Made by a program: the position numbers and the translations under genes
Shown here: in pieces, positions 51,845 through 63,991 of the stretch
Position numbering within the stretch: position 1 is the stretch's first letter
Layout of the letters: each line of letters begins with the position of its first letter
Origin: Negaprion brevirostris
Lineage: Eukaryota
Length of the DNA stretch: 63,991 nt
NCBI GenBank assembly: GCA_030324005.1
Contig: JARDVH010000073.1
Coordinates: forward strand, 84,320,701-84,384,691
Direction: 5' to 3'
Notes under the pieces: model-generated
Database searches by the model: none
What the model was told of the DNA's origin: nothing
The model's input: only the letters and a program-made list of their open reading frames with translations

Positions 51845-52240
51845 TTTTTTATTCTTTCATGTGTCATGGGTGTCACTGGTAAGGCCAGCATTTGTTGCTC
51901 ATTCCTTAATTGCCCTTGAGTTGAGTTTCTGGCTAGGCCATTTCAAAGGACAGTTAAGAGTCAACCCGCATTGCTGTGGATCCAGAGTCACATGTAAGCC
52001 AACCATACTGGGTAAGAGATTGCAGATTTCCTTCTGGCAAGGATATCAGTAGATCAGTTAGGTTTTTACACAGTCAGTTATACTTGTCGTGGCCACTATT
52101 ATTGAGATTAGGTTTATATTCTAGATTTAATTAGTTGAATTTAAATTTCACCAGCCTCCATGGTGGGATTTGAACTCATGTCCTCAGTCCCTGGGCCTCT
52201 GGATTGCCAGCCTAGTGACATTACCAGTGTACAACCATCT
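51845..52240 (-). mobile_element. Second tRNA-derived SINE family, near full length
   Basis: B box GAGTTCAAATCCC on minus near 52165-52177; tail AGGCCAGCATTTGTTG..TAATTGCCCTT shared with LINE ends at 23020 and 34385. Confidence 0.7.
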
Positions 52241-52519
52241 ACTGTCTAGACAGTCCTCATTTCCCAATGTAACATATCTACACATTCCATTGCAGTCAGC
52301 CTTTGGCCTGTCAGAGTCAGGCTGCTTTGACTATTTGTGTTATAGATACATATCCATTAAGAAGCTTAATTGCTGTCCATCAGCTTCATTTAATTAGAAC
52401 TCTTACAATTATGGCAGAGAATAAGTAGCTACTTACTTTTGCCAGTTTATGCAGAATTTAAACCTCAATCTTACAAGTAAATAGTATGGTAATGAAATTA
52501 CTCATGTGTTACCCTTTAT

Positions 52520-52835
52520 CATAGATATCATAGAATCCCCACAATGCAGAAAGAAGCCATTTGGCCCAGCGAATCTGCACCAATCACAAATCCCACCCAG
52601 GGCCTATCCCCACAACTCCACACATTAACCTTCAAATCCCTCGGCACTAAGAGTCCATCCACCTAATCTACATACCTTTGGACTGTGGGAGGAAACCGGA
52701 GCACCCGGAAGAAAACCGAGCAGAGACGGAGTGAATATGCAAACTCCACACAGACAGTGACCCAAGCCAGGAATCAAACCCAGGTCCTTGTCACTGTGAG
52801 GCAGCAGTGCTAATCACTGTGCCACTGCACCACCC
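52520..52835 (-). mobile_element. HE1-like SINE
   Basis: Full head-body-tail on the minus strand. Confidence 0.88.
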
Positions 52836-53056
52836 TTTATAAAATACAGTAACAATATGAATGGTCTTGGATTTTTGTTAACAAGCTGTCAGCATTCACC
52901 ATCATTACTCCTCTGAATCTGACAGCTACTTCAGAGCTTAGAGCAAATGCAGATTAGTCCAGCAATCACTGAGGTGTGATCTGTCATCCACTGCTCTACT
53001 GTGAAACTGTACTCTCTAATCTTACCACCCAATGATGAGAATCAGTCATATAATGG

Positions 53057-53325
53057 GGTGGCACGGCGGTTAGCACTGCTGCCTCACAACGCCAGAGACC
53101 TGTTTGATTCCTGGCTTGAGTCACTGCCTGTGTGGAGTTTACATGTTTTCCCTGTGCCTGCGTGGGTTTCCTCTGGGTGCTCTGGTCTCCTCCCACAATC
53201 TAATAAATGTGCTGGTTAGGTGAATTGACCCAAACAGGCACCAGAATCTGGCAACTAGGGGAATTTCATAATGACTTCATTGCAATGTTAATATAAGCCT
53301 TACTTGTGATTAATAAATAAACTTT
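53057..53325 (+). mobile_element. HE1/V-SINE-like SINE
   Basis: GTGGCACGGCGGTTAGCACTGCTGCC head; AATAAATAAACTTT tail. Confidence 0.88.
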
Positions 53326-53564
53326 TCAATTGATTTGGTGAGAACTTCCCCTTTTATACTCTCATATTTTTAATCATACCTTTGCACCCACATTGTTGTT
53401 TCAGCTTTGGGGAATAGTGGTGGAAGGGTTCCCGAGCTGATTATTAGCCTGCTGAACTGTATTGGGCATTCCTTCCATGCCAACAAATTCTGGCACTGGA
53501 CTCGAATCTGAAGCTTCTGGTACAGNNNNNNNNNNNNNNNNNNNNNNNACCTCCACATATTCAC

Positions 53565-53875
53565 AGAATCATAGAATTCCTACAGTACAGAAGGAAGTCA
53601 TTTGGCCATCAAGTCTGCACTGATAACAATCCCACCCAGACCTGTTCCCTGTAACCCAAGTATTTACTCCACACCCTAACCTACACATCTTTGGACATTA
53701 AGGGCCAATCTACCTAATCTGCACATCTTTGGAGTGTGGGAGGAAACCAGAGGACCCAGAGGAAACCTGGGGAGAAATGTGCAAACTCCACCCAGACAGT
53801 CACCCAAGGCTGGAATTGAACCCAGGTCCCTGGCGCTGTGAGGCAGCAGTGCTAATCACTGTGCCACCATGCTGC
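53565..53875 (-). mobile_element. HE1-like SINE
   Basis: GGAATTGAACCC (reverse B box) and CTGTGAGGCAGCAGTGCTAA...GTGCCACCATGC. Confidence 0.88.
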
Positions 53876-54069
53876 TGCTGTTCGAGTGAAATTACAGCAG
53901 TTGATTGAGAGAATCCCAGAGAAAATCTCCAGGAATATGAATGTGTAAGGCAGCAGAATAAGTGTTAGATCCTTTAAAATGATTACATCTTCGGATTATT
54001 TTATGAATATTGCATTGACATTTTGCCAAGTTCACAATCTTGTATCTCTTTTTGCTTCCCTGTTTCTAG

Positions 54070-54191
54070 GTTTAATGATTCACGTCACTTGCACCTCTAT
54101 ATGCCAGCTGGTATGGGCTTCTTGGCCACCATAACATCAATAATTTATTACCACAACATTGAAACGTCAAACTTTCCCAAACTATTACTAG
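54070..54191 (+). CDS. ABCC8: SUR1 exon 3: (G)[40 protein letters not shown]
   Basis: Acceptor cttccctgtttctAG and donor G|GTAAGT; 122 nt; phase matches exon 2; [10 protein letters not shown] and [14 protein letters not shown] are SUR1 motifs. Confidence 0.96.
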
Positions 54192-54277
54192 GTAAGTTTC
54201 TCTTTATTAGAACAAGCACTGTGAAACTGAAGCTTATCTATGGGATAGCAATACAATCAGAAAATTTGTTACATTGA

Positions 54278-54570
54278 TGGCATGGTGGCCCAGTGGTTAG
54301 CACTGCTCCCTCACAGTGCCAGGGACCCAGGTTTGATTCCTGTCTTGGGTCACTGTCTGTGTGGACTTTGCACATTCTCCCCATGGGCTTCCTCTGGGTG
54401 CTCCAGTTTCCTCCTACAGTCTGCAAGATGCCCTGGTTAGGTGCATTGGCCATGATAAATTCTCCCTCAGTGTACCCAAACAGGGGCCAGAGTATGGCGA
54501 CTGGAGGATTTTCACAGTAACTTCATTGCAGTGTTAGTGTAAACCTAGTGACATTAGTAAATAAATTTAA
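54278..54570 (+). mobile_element. HE1/V-SINE-like SINE
   Basis: GGCATGGTGGCCCAGTGGTTAGC head and GGTTTGATTCC B box. Confidence 0.88.
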
Positions 54571-55729
54571 ACATTGTTTTTTGCTTAAGTGTTGGGTCAG
54601 AACTGAAATGCCCTCTCAGAGGTAACAGTAACACAGATATCACACTCAATTACAAATCCAACAAAGCTGGTATCTTCAAAATATTGATTTGGCAATTATT
54701 GGTGTTCTTGGATAAGTCACACTAATCTATTATGCAGACTTGAAAAGGATTGACTGCCCAGTCAGTTCACAGCTGATGATTTATTTTAATATAAGGAAGT
54801 TTGTATATAGATTGAGTTCATTTGCCCATACCTGGAGTTGTTTTTCCAAAATAAATTCAATACTTTTAAGCTTATCAGCCTCAGGATCGAAACATGCAGT
54901 TTGGAGGAGATTGTTCGTGCCTATGCCTGCTTTTCCAGAATAACTCAAAACGAGCCCAACCTTATGCTCCTGTGTCATTCTTTTCTGTAAATCTTTAACC
55001 ACTTTTTCCTTACATTATCCCACAGTCTGAGACGTAACAGTTTGCAGTGGAAATGCTTGTGATCTTAGCTTGCAAAGCAATTGAATGATCATAGTTGCCT
55101 CTAATGTCTTTGGACCAGAGATGGATGAAAAAAATAGCCAGTATTCCCACATCTGATTGTAATTCCTGCTGGGAATTATACATGCAGATGTCAGGGGAGA
55201 ACATGGCATAGCTTGACAGTGCAACAGTACACAGCAACTACAGTAGTGATCATTTGTTCAGATACAATAATGTTCTTCTTTCCTCCTAGCTTTCTCATCT
55301 TTTCAAAACAGTTTTACCAAGATGACCTTTTGTCATTTCTTTAGTAACCCTTTCACAACCGTCATTAATTTAAAAATAATGAATCTCTTTTTATCCCACT
55401 CCATGTATTTTAAATGTCTCCTCATAACCAGAGATTTTAATTACAGATATCTCCTTATAATGAAGTTAATAGAGGGAAATGAGTTGAATTTACATAGCAT
55501 TGCATGACCACTTGTGTAATGTTTTCATTGTTATCATTCGGGTAAGAGGTGTTGATTAGAAGGCAGACCCCACTTCCCCTACCCTTGCTGACACTGCTGC
55601 ATGGTCCATTCAGTGGATTGAGAATTCCTTTGGTTGTAGGGCACAGTCCGGTTAAGCAGGGGTGAGCCATGTCTGTATGAAATGAATATTTTCTCCACCC
55701 TCTCTTGCCTGCACATCTTTCCTAAAGCG

Positions 55730-57790
55730 CAGCACCAGAACTCAACTCAATACTCCACCTGAGGCCAAAAGAGTGTCCTATACAAGTTCAAAATAACCTC
55801 CTTCCTCACTTACCCTATGCTCTTCTTAATGAAGACTAGAATATTTTATGCTTATGCATTCAACAGCCAGAATTTTAGTGGACCACTTGCCACAGAAATT
55901 GGTGCAGGCAAGGGACAGACCATGGAGAGGTATGTTGACCTTGGGCAGAATTTTATGGTTTCAGGATGAGTGAGGCTGTAAAATCCCACCCCCCCCCACC
56001 CCAACATGTCCTGCCACTATCAATGATTTATGCACAGACACAGCCAAGTCTCTCTATTCATGCACCTCCTTTAGAATTATACTCTTAATTTTTGTCTCTC
56101 CATGTTCTTCCTACCAAAATGAATTACTTCAACTTTCTCCGCACTAAACTTCATCTGCCACTTGTCCGCCCGTTCCAAAGTGTCCCTTTTGAAGTTCAAC
56201 ACCATCCTTTTCACCATTCATAATACTTTCAAATATTATGTCATCACAATTTTGAAATTGCACTCTGTCATTAATATATATCCAGAAGAGCAAAGGTCTC
56301 AATACCGAAACACTGATCCCTGCAGAACAACTCCACGACAACACCTTCTCCGGATACATTCACCACAACTCCCTATTTCCTGATACTCAGTCAATTTTGT
56401 GTCCATATTGCTACTGTGCCTNNNNNNNNNNNNNNNNNNNNNNNNNNNNNNNNNNNNNNNNNNNNNNNNNNNNNNNNNNNNNNNNNNNNNNNNNNNNNNN
56501 NNNNNNNNNNNNNNNNNNNNNACTCATTCAATTTTGTGTCCATATTGCTACTGTGCCTTTTAGTACATCAGCTATAACTTTGCTCACAAGTCTTACGTGT
56601 GTCACTGTATTAAATGCTGTTTGGAAGTCCATGTACATCACATCAACAGCATTGCCTTCAAAAAACTTCCTTCCTCTTCCCAAATCTTCAGAAAGTTAAT
56701 TAAATGTGATTTTTCTGTCACAAATGAATGCTGGCTTTCCTTGCAGAAAGATGGAATAATCCATATTTGTCCATGTGCATATTAATTTTGTTCCAAATTA
56801 TTGTTTCTAAATTCCTCTCCATTGTGTTTAAATTGGCTGGACTGTAATTTCTGGGCTAATCTTCACATTTGCAATTCTCCAGTTCTCTGGCAAGACCTGA
56901 GCCTAAAGAAGATTGGAAGATTGTGGCCAGTGACTCTGTAATTTCCACTCTCACTTTCCTCAGTATCCTTGGGTGCATTTCATCTGATCATGCTGTTGTA
57001 TGTACTTGAGGCATTGATAGCCTTTCTCATAGCTTCTTTTTAGCAATTTTGAATCTTTTTAGTATGTTAATCACCTCTTTGTTCACTGTGGCCTGAGTAG
57101 CCTCTTCTTCCTTGGTAAAGACAGACATAAAATATTCATTTAGTACCTCAGCCGTGCTTTTTGCCCACATGTTGAAATCCCTTTTTTTGTCCTGAATTGC
57201 CCCTATTCCTCCTTTTGCCACTGCTTTTACAATTTAGATGCTGACAGGATTCCCTTTTATGTTAGCTGCCAATGTCTTTTCATACTTCCTCTTTTCGTAT
57301 TTGATTTTTTACTCCCAGTGGGAACTATATACATTCAGCTTGATTTTCCATCATATTATTTACCTGACACCTGTCATAAACATATTTCTTCTTCTTCTCA
57401 GCTTCTATCAGTTCTGTCATGCAGGAATCTCTGGATTTGTTGTCCTTACTTTCTCCATTAAGGGAACATACCTTAAATGTGCCCAAGCTAAACTCTTCTT
57501 TGGACGTTTTCAACTACTGTTTCTCCTGCCAACCTTTAATTCCAATTCAGATTCATTCTTACCCCATCGAAGTTGGCTTTATCCCCATTAAGTATTTTTA
57601 TTTTAGATTGTTTCTTGTCCTTTTCCATAGTCAGCCTAACCCTTATGATGCAATAATTACTGTCCCCTAAATGTTCTCCCACTGAGATTTGATCCAGTTG
57701 GGCCAGCGCATTCCGAAGAAACAGGTCCATCAATGTCTATCCAACTTGGACAGGAAATATACTGCTGTAGAACATTTGCTTAACAACACT
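55730..57790 (-). mobile_element. Decayed CR1 LINE ORF2 (endonuclease end to RT), with a MITE insertion
   Basis: VGEHLGDSNYCIIRV, AEVLNEYFMSVFTKEE, VLRPLLFWIYIND. Confidence 0.85.
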
Positions 57791-57844
57791 CTAGGCACTC
57801 TTGTTCCTCTCAGCCCTTCACAGTACTACTGCTCCAGTCAACAG

Positions 57845-58880
57845 TCATAACACAATCAAGCAGAGGCAACATGGTTTTACAAAAGGGAAATTATTTTGGG
57901 CATATTTATTAGAGCTCATTCAGGATGTATTAAGCAGGATTGATAAAGGAGAACCAATAGATGCAGGGTTTTTGGATTACCAAAAAGCATTCAATAAGGG
58001 ATAACATAAAAGGTTACGACACAAGGTTTCTTGCTGTTGTGCAGAATATTTGCTAACTGACAGAAACAGTGGGTGGCACGGTAGCACAGTGTTTAGCACT
58101 ACTGCTTCACGGTTGCAGGGAGCTGGGTTTGATTCCCAGCTTGGGTCAATGTCTGTGTACAGTTTTCACATTCTCCTTCTGTCTACGTGGGTTTCCTTCT
58201 GGTGCTCCAGTTTCCTCCCACAGCCCAAAGATGTGTGGGTTACGTTGATTGGTGATGCTAAAAGTTGCCCCTTAGTGCCCTGAGATGCGTAGGTTAGAGG
58301 GATTAGCGGATAAATATGTAGGGATAAGAGGGTATGGCCTGGGTGGGATTGTAATCGGTGCAGACTCGATGGGCCAAATGGCCTCTTTCTGCACTGTAGG
58401 GTTTTTATGATTCTAATTTAATTCAAGCCTATTAACAGAAGGATTTCGGAAGACTTTACTTTCTTCTGATTGAGGGATGATATATGGAGGGATCACTGCT
58501 TTTCTTAATTTATATTAATGACCTAGACCTGGGTTTATGAAATGTGAAGATGATGCAAGACTTGGAAGAACTGTGAACTGTGAGGAGGAGAGTGATAGAC
58601 TTCAAGAGGATACAGGCAGGCTGCTGGGATGGACACACATGTGGCACATGAAATTTAGGGAATTGTGGAATGATACATTTTGGTCAGGAGAACAAAGGGA
58701 AGTGACACAAAATAAAGGATACAATTCAAAAGGAAGTGCAGGAGCAGAGGGATCTGGGTGTAAATGTGAATAGATCATTGATGGTGGCAGGACAGATTGG
58801 GAAAGCAGTTAATAAATTATACTGAATCCTTCCTTTTATACATAGGGGTACAGAGTACAAGAGCAAGTAAATTATGAAGN
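57845..58880 (+). mobile_element. CR1 LINE RT fragments interrupted by a SINE
   Basis: QHGFTKGK...FLDYQKAFNK and DDARLGRTVNCEEESDRLQED. Confidence 0.8.
58072..58415 (+). mobile_element. HE1-like SINE
   Basis: GGTGGCACGGTAGCACAGTG head, body, and GATGGGCCAAATGGCCT tail. Confidence 0.88.
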
Positions 58881-59424
58881 NNNNNNNNNNNNNNNNNNNN
58901 NNNNNNNNNNNNNNNNNNNNNNNNNNNNNNNNNNNNNNNNNNNNNNNNNNNNNNNNNNNNNNNNNNNNNNNNNNNNNNNCGTTGACCTTCCCTGGAGCAG
59001 GTCTATGACACGCGTGCCATATATCACCCAGTAACATAGCCCGCTAATCCCCAGGTCTGCCTTTAATCTCTGAAGCTGACTACGAGATCCACAAAGGACT
59101 GCCTTTAATTGCACACACTGATCTCTTGGCCCAGTCTAGGGACTACAACTGTCTTTCAATAAGCTCTCCCACTCCTTCTTCACTGATGACAGTATCTCTC
59201 CCCTTTTTCTCCATGAACCTCCTTGCAATCCATCTCTTGTACAAGCCTTTTCCTTCCTCCATCACTATAGATCTCTGTGCAACCCATCCCTCTTGTGCCA
59301 CACTAACAAATCCTAGTGGATAGGTTTCTTTTTAAACCCTGCAGATATATCATTGAAGGGGTGACCTACCTCCTTGGTTGGGAGATAGGGGAGGTAGTTC
59401 CCACCCGCCCTCCCAACCAAGATC

Positions 59425-59780
59425 CTGAGGAGTCTTGACAGGGTTGACAGGGTTGATGTGGTGAGAATGTTTCCTCTTTTGGGAGAATCTAGAACTTGGG
59501 GGTCAATTTTTAAGACTAAGCGGTGATCCATTTAAAATTGAGATAGGAATTTTTTTTCTCTTAGAGTGTTGTGATTCTTCCTGAAAAGATGGTGGAAGCA
59601 GAATGTATGAATTTTTGAGGGAGAGGTTGATAGATTCTTGGTAAGCGCTAGGGTGATAGATTATCAGAGGTAGGTAGGAATTTAGATTTAAGGTTACTAG
59701 CATATCAGCCATGAACTTATTAAATTGCAGAGCAGGCTCAAGGGGCCAAATGTCTTATTCCTACTCCTTTTTTGGATGTG
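59425..59780 (+). mobile_element. CR1 LINE 3' end
   Basis: AAGATCCTGAGGAGTCTTGACAGG...ATCAGCCATGA...GCAGGCTCAAGGGGCC, similar to 14740-15110. Confidence 0.8.
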
Positions 59781-60557
59781 TTCATACCTCCATCCCTCCT
59801 TTGTCATTTCCACCTGGCCTCCAAAGCATTATGAAATATGTAACATAAAGAAGGGGTATGGTGGGGTCAATGCTGAGAGGACCGTTTTCCGTAGTTGATG
59901 ATGGAAGACTGGCCTTGGTGAGATTATTATATCCATAATGTGCGAATCTAAAAGTAGGGGACATAGTTTGAGAATAAAAGGTCTACCCAAGTGTTAAGAT
60001 GGAAATAAATTCCTCTCTCACCAAGCTGTGTATCTTTGGAACTTCCTACCCCATGCAGCTGTGGAGGGTAAGCTGTTCAATGTATCCAAGGCTGAGATAG
60101 GCAGCTTTTTGATTTACATGGGAGTCAAATTCTACAAGCTGCCACAATGGGATTAGAACTTGTGTCCCCAAAGCATTAAACCGGGCCTTTGGATTATCTG
60201 TCCAGTGAAACTACCATTATGCTATCTCCCCCTGACCTGAGCAAGTTATTGAAACTCTTCTGGCACTGCACTGGGGAGCATGCACCGTACTCCTGCTATT
60301 AATCTCCTCTGCAATCTGCCCCACCTTTGAGTTCTCTGGATTAGCCTTCTTACCTCCATTGACAAGGTAGGAGGAGAATCTTCCTGAAGTCCGACAAACT
60401 GTTGAATATCTCTTGGAAGACAGTTGTGAATTGAGGTACACATTGCCACCCTGGGAAACTGTTTCTGAAGTTGCTTCCATTGTTTGAACATCTGGACAAT
60501 TCCTCAACCTCAATCTTCACTGTGTCTCATTAATTCTGCTGAAATAGATTCACATAG

Positions 60558-61213
60558 GTTGAAGTAGAAAGGGTCAAGAATTTCAAGTTTTTAGGTGTCC
60601 AGTTCACCAACAACCTGTCCTGGTATCCCGATGCCGACACTATAGTTAAGAAAGCCCACCAATGCCTCTACTTGCTCAGAAGACTAAGGAAATTCGGCAT
60701 GTCAGCTACAACTTTCACCAACTTTTACAGATGCACCATAGAAATCATTCTTTCTGGTTGTATCATGTCTTGATGTGGCTCCTGCGCTGCCCAAGACTGC
60801 AGGGAACTACAAAAGATCATAAATATAACCCAATCCATCACACAAATCAGCCTCCCATCCATTGACTCTATCTACACTTCCCGCTGCCTCGTCAAAGCAG
60901 CCAGCATAATTAAGGACCCCATGCATCCTCGATATTCTTCCTTCCACCTTCTTCCGTTGGGAAAAAGATACAAAACTCTGAGGTCAAGTACCAACCAAAT
61001 CAAGTATAGCTTTTTACTTACTGTTGTCAGACTTCTAGATGGAATTATCTTGCATTAAGCTGATCTTTCTCTACACCCTAGGTATGACTGTAACACTACA
61101 TTCTGTAGTTTCTCATTTCCTTCTCTATGAATGGTATGCTTTGTCTGCATAGCGTGCAAGAAACAATACTTTTCACTGTATGTAAATACATGTGACAATA
61201 ATAAATCAAATCA
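60558..61213 (+). mobile_element. Rex1/Babar-type LINE 3' fragment
   Basis: FKFLGVQFTNNLSW...KKAHQCLYLLRRLRKFG...FYRCTIE...IIKDPMHP...LLPLGKRY; tail AATAAATCAAATCA; one stop seen. An inverted tail copy lies near 50030-50195. Confidence 0.85.
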
Positions 61214-62499
61214 GGTCATCATCATGTCCAAACCAGCTAACTGGTTGAGAATCCTGGAAGTTAGAAGCTTATGCAGTGACTGGATTAAAAAAACCTCTGA
61301 TAAACATACTGCAGAAACTTCCAGGTTCTCCACAATCTATCTTCCTCAAGCACCTGGCCCAGTTAAAACATTACCCATTGTTTTTACGATGTAGCACTAT
61401 GCCAAAAAGCTCGCTTGAGCACCGATTTATTGAGGAAGCCTAAGGAAGCTTTCCTGTTATAAACTACCAATTTAGCACATTTCCTTGACATCCCATCTAG
61501 TATGAATTTAATTTCAATGCTTGAAATTCGAGATTTATGAGATAGGCAGTTCTATTCAGCCATGGCTATTGAGTCCTTTTTTAAACTTAACTTTTAACTG
61601 TGAAAAATTAAACTTAAGTCCAATCACAGTCAAACAATGCTCAAAAATGATAAGTAAAATTATGCTTAGCTGGACTAGCTTCATTATGCTTTAATTCATG
61701 GAAGGAAAGAAATAAAAATATTCTTATTGTGAATCACTCAGTGTTTTCATTTGATTTCATGGGATAATTATTGAAGGAGTGGTTCATTCCTTGCAGAGTT
61801 AGCCATCAGAACATTAGGGTGACAATCCTGTAGTCCTAGCTCCATTGTTTTTATTCATTGTTAGTGAGGTTCTGTACTGGGAGCCAAGCCTGCAAGTGTC
61901 CCCTTATAAACTATGGGGCAAAATCTGAATTGTATGAAGAGTCAATCGGAACTCTGAGAGTGAGGTACCATTTTGTACTTATTTTGTTTTAATGTAACAA
62001 AATATGGAAAGGAATTTCAAAATCTCTGATCAAGATTAAAAGAGAAGACTTAAATNNNNNNNNNNTGCCTTGCTGACCCGTAAATTTAGTAGTCAAATTG
62101 TGACGTACATGGGATCTGGATAGATTTTTAGCCTGCTTATAACTGCAGCTGTGCAACCAAGTGAAGCCAATGAGGCTGCTGGAAATATATTTTATAAACC
62201 TTTCCTTTGTGAAGCCCAGTCATGCAGCATTGCTTCTCAGGACTCAATATCTTAAGTTGAAACCTTTGCTGCCCTGAGCTTGTTTCCTCTAATTTAAGAC
62301 TTTTAGAACAGTGCATCTGTATATACATTGCTTGCTGACATGTCTATCCATTAACCATACTTGGTCTTCAGCTAAACATTCTTAATGAGCCAGTCTGTTC
62401 AGCCGAATTTTGTTAACACACTTTCCAGATGACCACATTATCGATACCTGGTTAAGCTCCAAAAATGTCTAATTCACTTATATCTAAGCAAATAATGTT

Positions 62500-62705
62500 T
62501 ACATAGTTACATAAGAACATAANNNNNNNNNNNNNNNNNNNNNNNNNNNNNNNNNNNNNNNNNNNNNNNNNNNNNNNNNNNNNNNNNNNNNNNNNNNNNN
62601 NNNNNNNNNNNNNNNNNNNNNNACCACCCTTTGAGTGAAGAAGTTCCTCCTCAACTCTGATCTAAACTGCCCCCCCCTTATCTTGAGGCTGTGTCCTCTT
62701 GTCCT
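62500..62705 (-). mobile_element. CR1 LINE 3' fragment
   Basis: RTRGHSLKIRGGQFRSELRRNFFTQRV. Confidence 0.9.
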
Positions 62706-63399
62706 GTTGCAGAGTTGCAGAGAGGAGAGAGAGCTTTGTTTGCAGTCATCAATATTTTCATGTATTAATGATGCTGATTCTTTGAAGGGTATTTTCCCTG
62801 CCTGTGTGTTTATTTTGACTTTCCATTTCACAATAATAAGCTATGTGAAGTAGGGAAAAGCTTTTGATGCCAGACTATAATGTATGTGGTTAACTGATAC
62901 AAGTTGAGCCATTTTTTTCCCAAAGCATCTTTTCAAAGCTTCTGCTCATTATGTCAGTTTCAGGTATTTTTCACAAACTTGCTAAGTTAGCTAATGGCTC
63001 ATTGGTTCTGTACATTGTGGATATTGGAAGACTGGGCATGGAGGATGCATAGAAGCTTGGAAGAAACTTTGAGATACGGAGGTCACGGAGGGGGCTTTTG
63101 GGATGGGTGGTTGGATGAGGGGTAAGGCTTTGTGGGATTGGCATTCGTCATTCCAATTAGGTGTAAATCCTGGTAAACATAGGGAGTGCATTCCAGGCTG
63201 CAGGCTGCACCATCCATTTCCATTGCTTCGATCCCTCCCCTGCCTCCAGGAACAAAAATATGGCAGTAAAGACTGTAGAGTCAGGAAGTTTTCTAACTCC
63301 AAATACCCAATTCCCTCATGAAAATTCATTGATTAGGTTGTACACAACTTCATTAACACCCAGAAAGCAAATAATACAGTAAAGTATAGTTTCCTCGAT

Positions 63400-63991
63400 A
63401 TTGTTGTTTGTCCATCGTCATTGATGAGGATCTCGACACCATTAGTCATTTTCAGGCTGGTTGCAGTGTGTCCGAAGATGACTGATCAGGCCAATTCAGG
63501 CACGGAGTGTCCTGGCACATATTGGACAGACTTGTGTCAACACTGTAGTTGTTGTGCTGGTGGCTCTGGACTTGCGCAGCTCACGCTTAAGTTGTGCTTT
63601 AGCAATATACCTTGCTTCGTGAGCTTGACAGCCTTTGTGGATGAGGCAGCGCCAGGTAGGGCGGTTTTGTGCCAGCGTTTCCCAATTGGTCGTTTCAATG
63701 TCAAGCGACTTCAAGGAGGCTTTGAGTGTGTCTTTGAAACGTTTCTTCTGCCTTCCATGCGAGCGTTTTCCAGCAGAGTGTTCCCTAAAAAGGAGCTGCT
63801 TGGGTATGCGCTCGTCTGACATATGGATGACATGACCTGCCCACAGGGTCTGCGCTCTCATTAGCAGTGTGTGGACTGACGGTAGACTTGCTCTAGAGAG
63901 AACTTCAGTATCTGGTACTTTGTCTTGCCATCTGATGTGTAATATTCTGCAAAGACAAGTCATGTGGAAATGATTGAGCTGTCTTGCATGC
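63400..63991 (-). mobile_element. RTE-clade LINE 3' end (open ORF2 C-terminus)
   Basis: CLCRILHIRWQDKVPDTEVL...WAGHVIHMSDERIPKQLLF...KKRFKDTLKASLK...W; 155-aa open frame; runs off the window. Confidence 0.9.

Noticed and set aside
61780-61970. Candidate ABCC8 exon 4 (ends ...LRVRY)
   Set aside because: The upstream frame does not resemble LLVYWTLAFITKTIKF; exon 4 was not found and probably lies beyond the window

Overview
Vertebrate genomic DNA from a draft short-read assembly with many N gaps. It is almost certainly a shark or other elasmobranch, judged from abundant HE1/V-SINE-like and Deu-type SINEs and CR1/L2/RTE/Rex1 LINE remnants. Two genes lie on the + strand. The first is the 3' end of USH1C (harmonin): penultimate exon 1731-1786 and terminal exon from 8874, ending ...EYEDEVTFF*. 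The second is the 5' end of ABCC8 (SUR1): coding exons 41540-41687, 41821-41962 and 54070-54191 (148, 142 and 122 nt, as in human). This is the same tandem USH1C-then-ABCC8 order as in human. The rest is intronic or intergenic: an H2B pseudogene, an internally deleted Gypsy LTR element, MITE-like foldbacks, palindromic Penelope-like repeats with decayed minimal hammerhead-ribozyme motifs, an RTE 5' end, micro/minisatellites, and an orphan CpG-rich block at about 27-29.8 kb. I see no demonstrably new biological system. The best leads are a dual-frame USH1C terminal exon, a possible distal ABCC8 promoter/5' exon, inverted SINEs flanking ABCC8 exon 3, and the hammerhead-bearing palindromes. Repeat boundaries are approximate and family names come from recall, not from a search.
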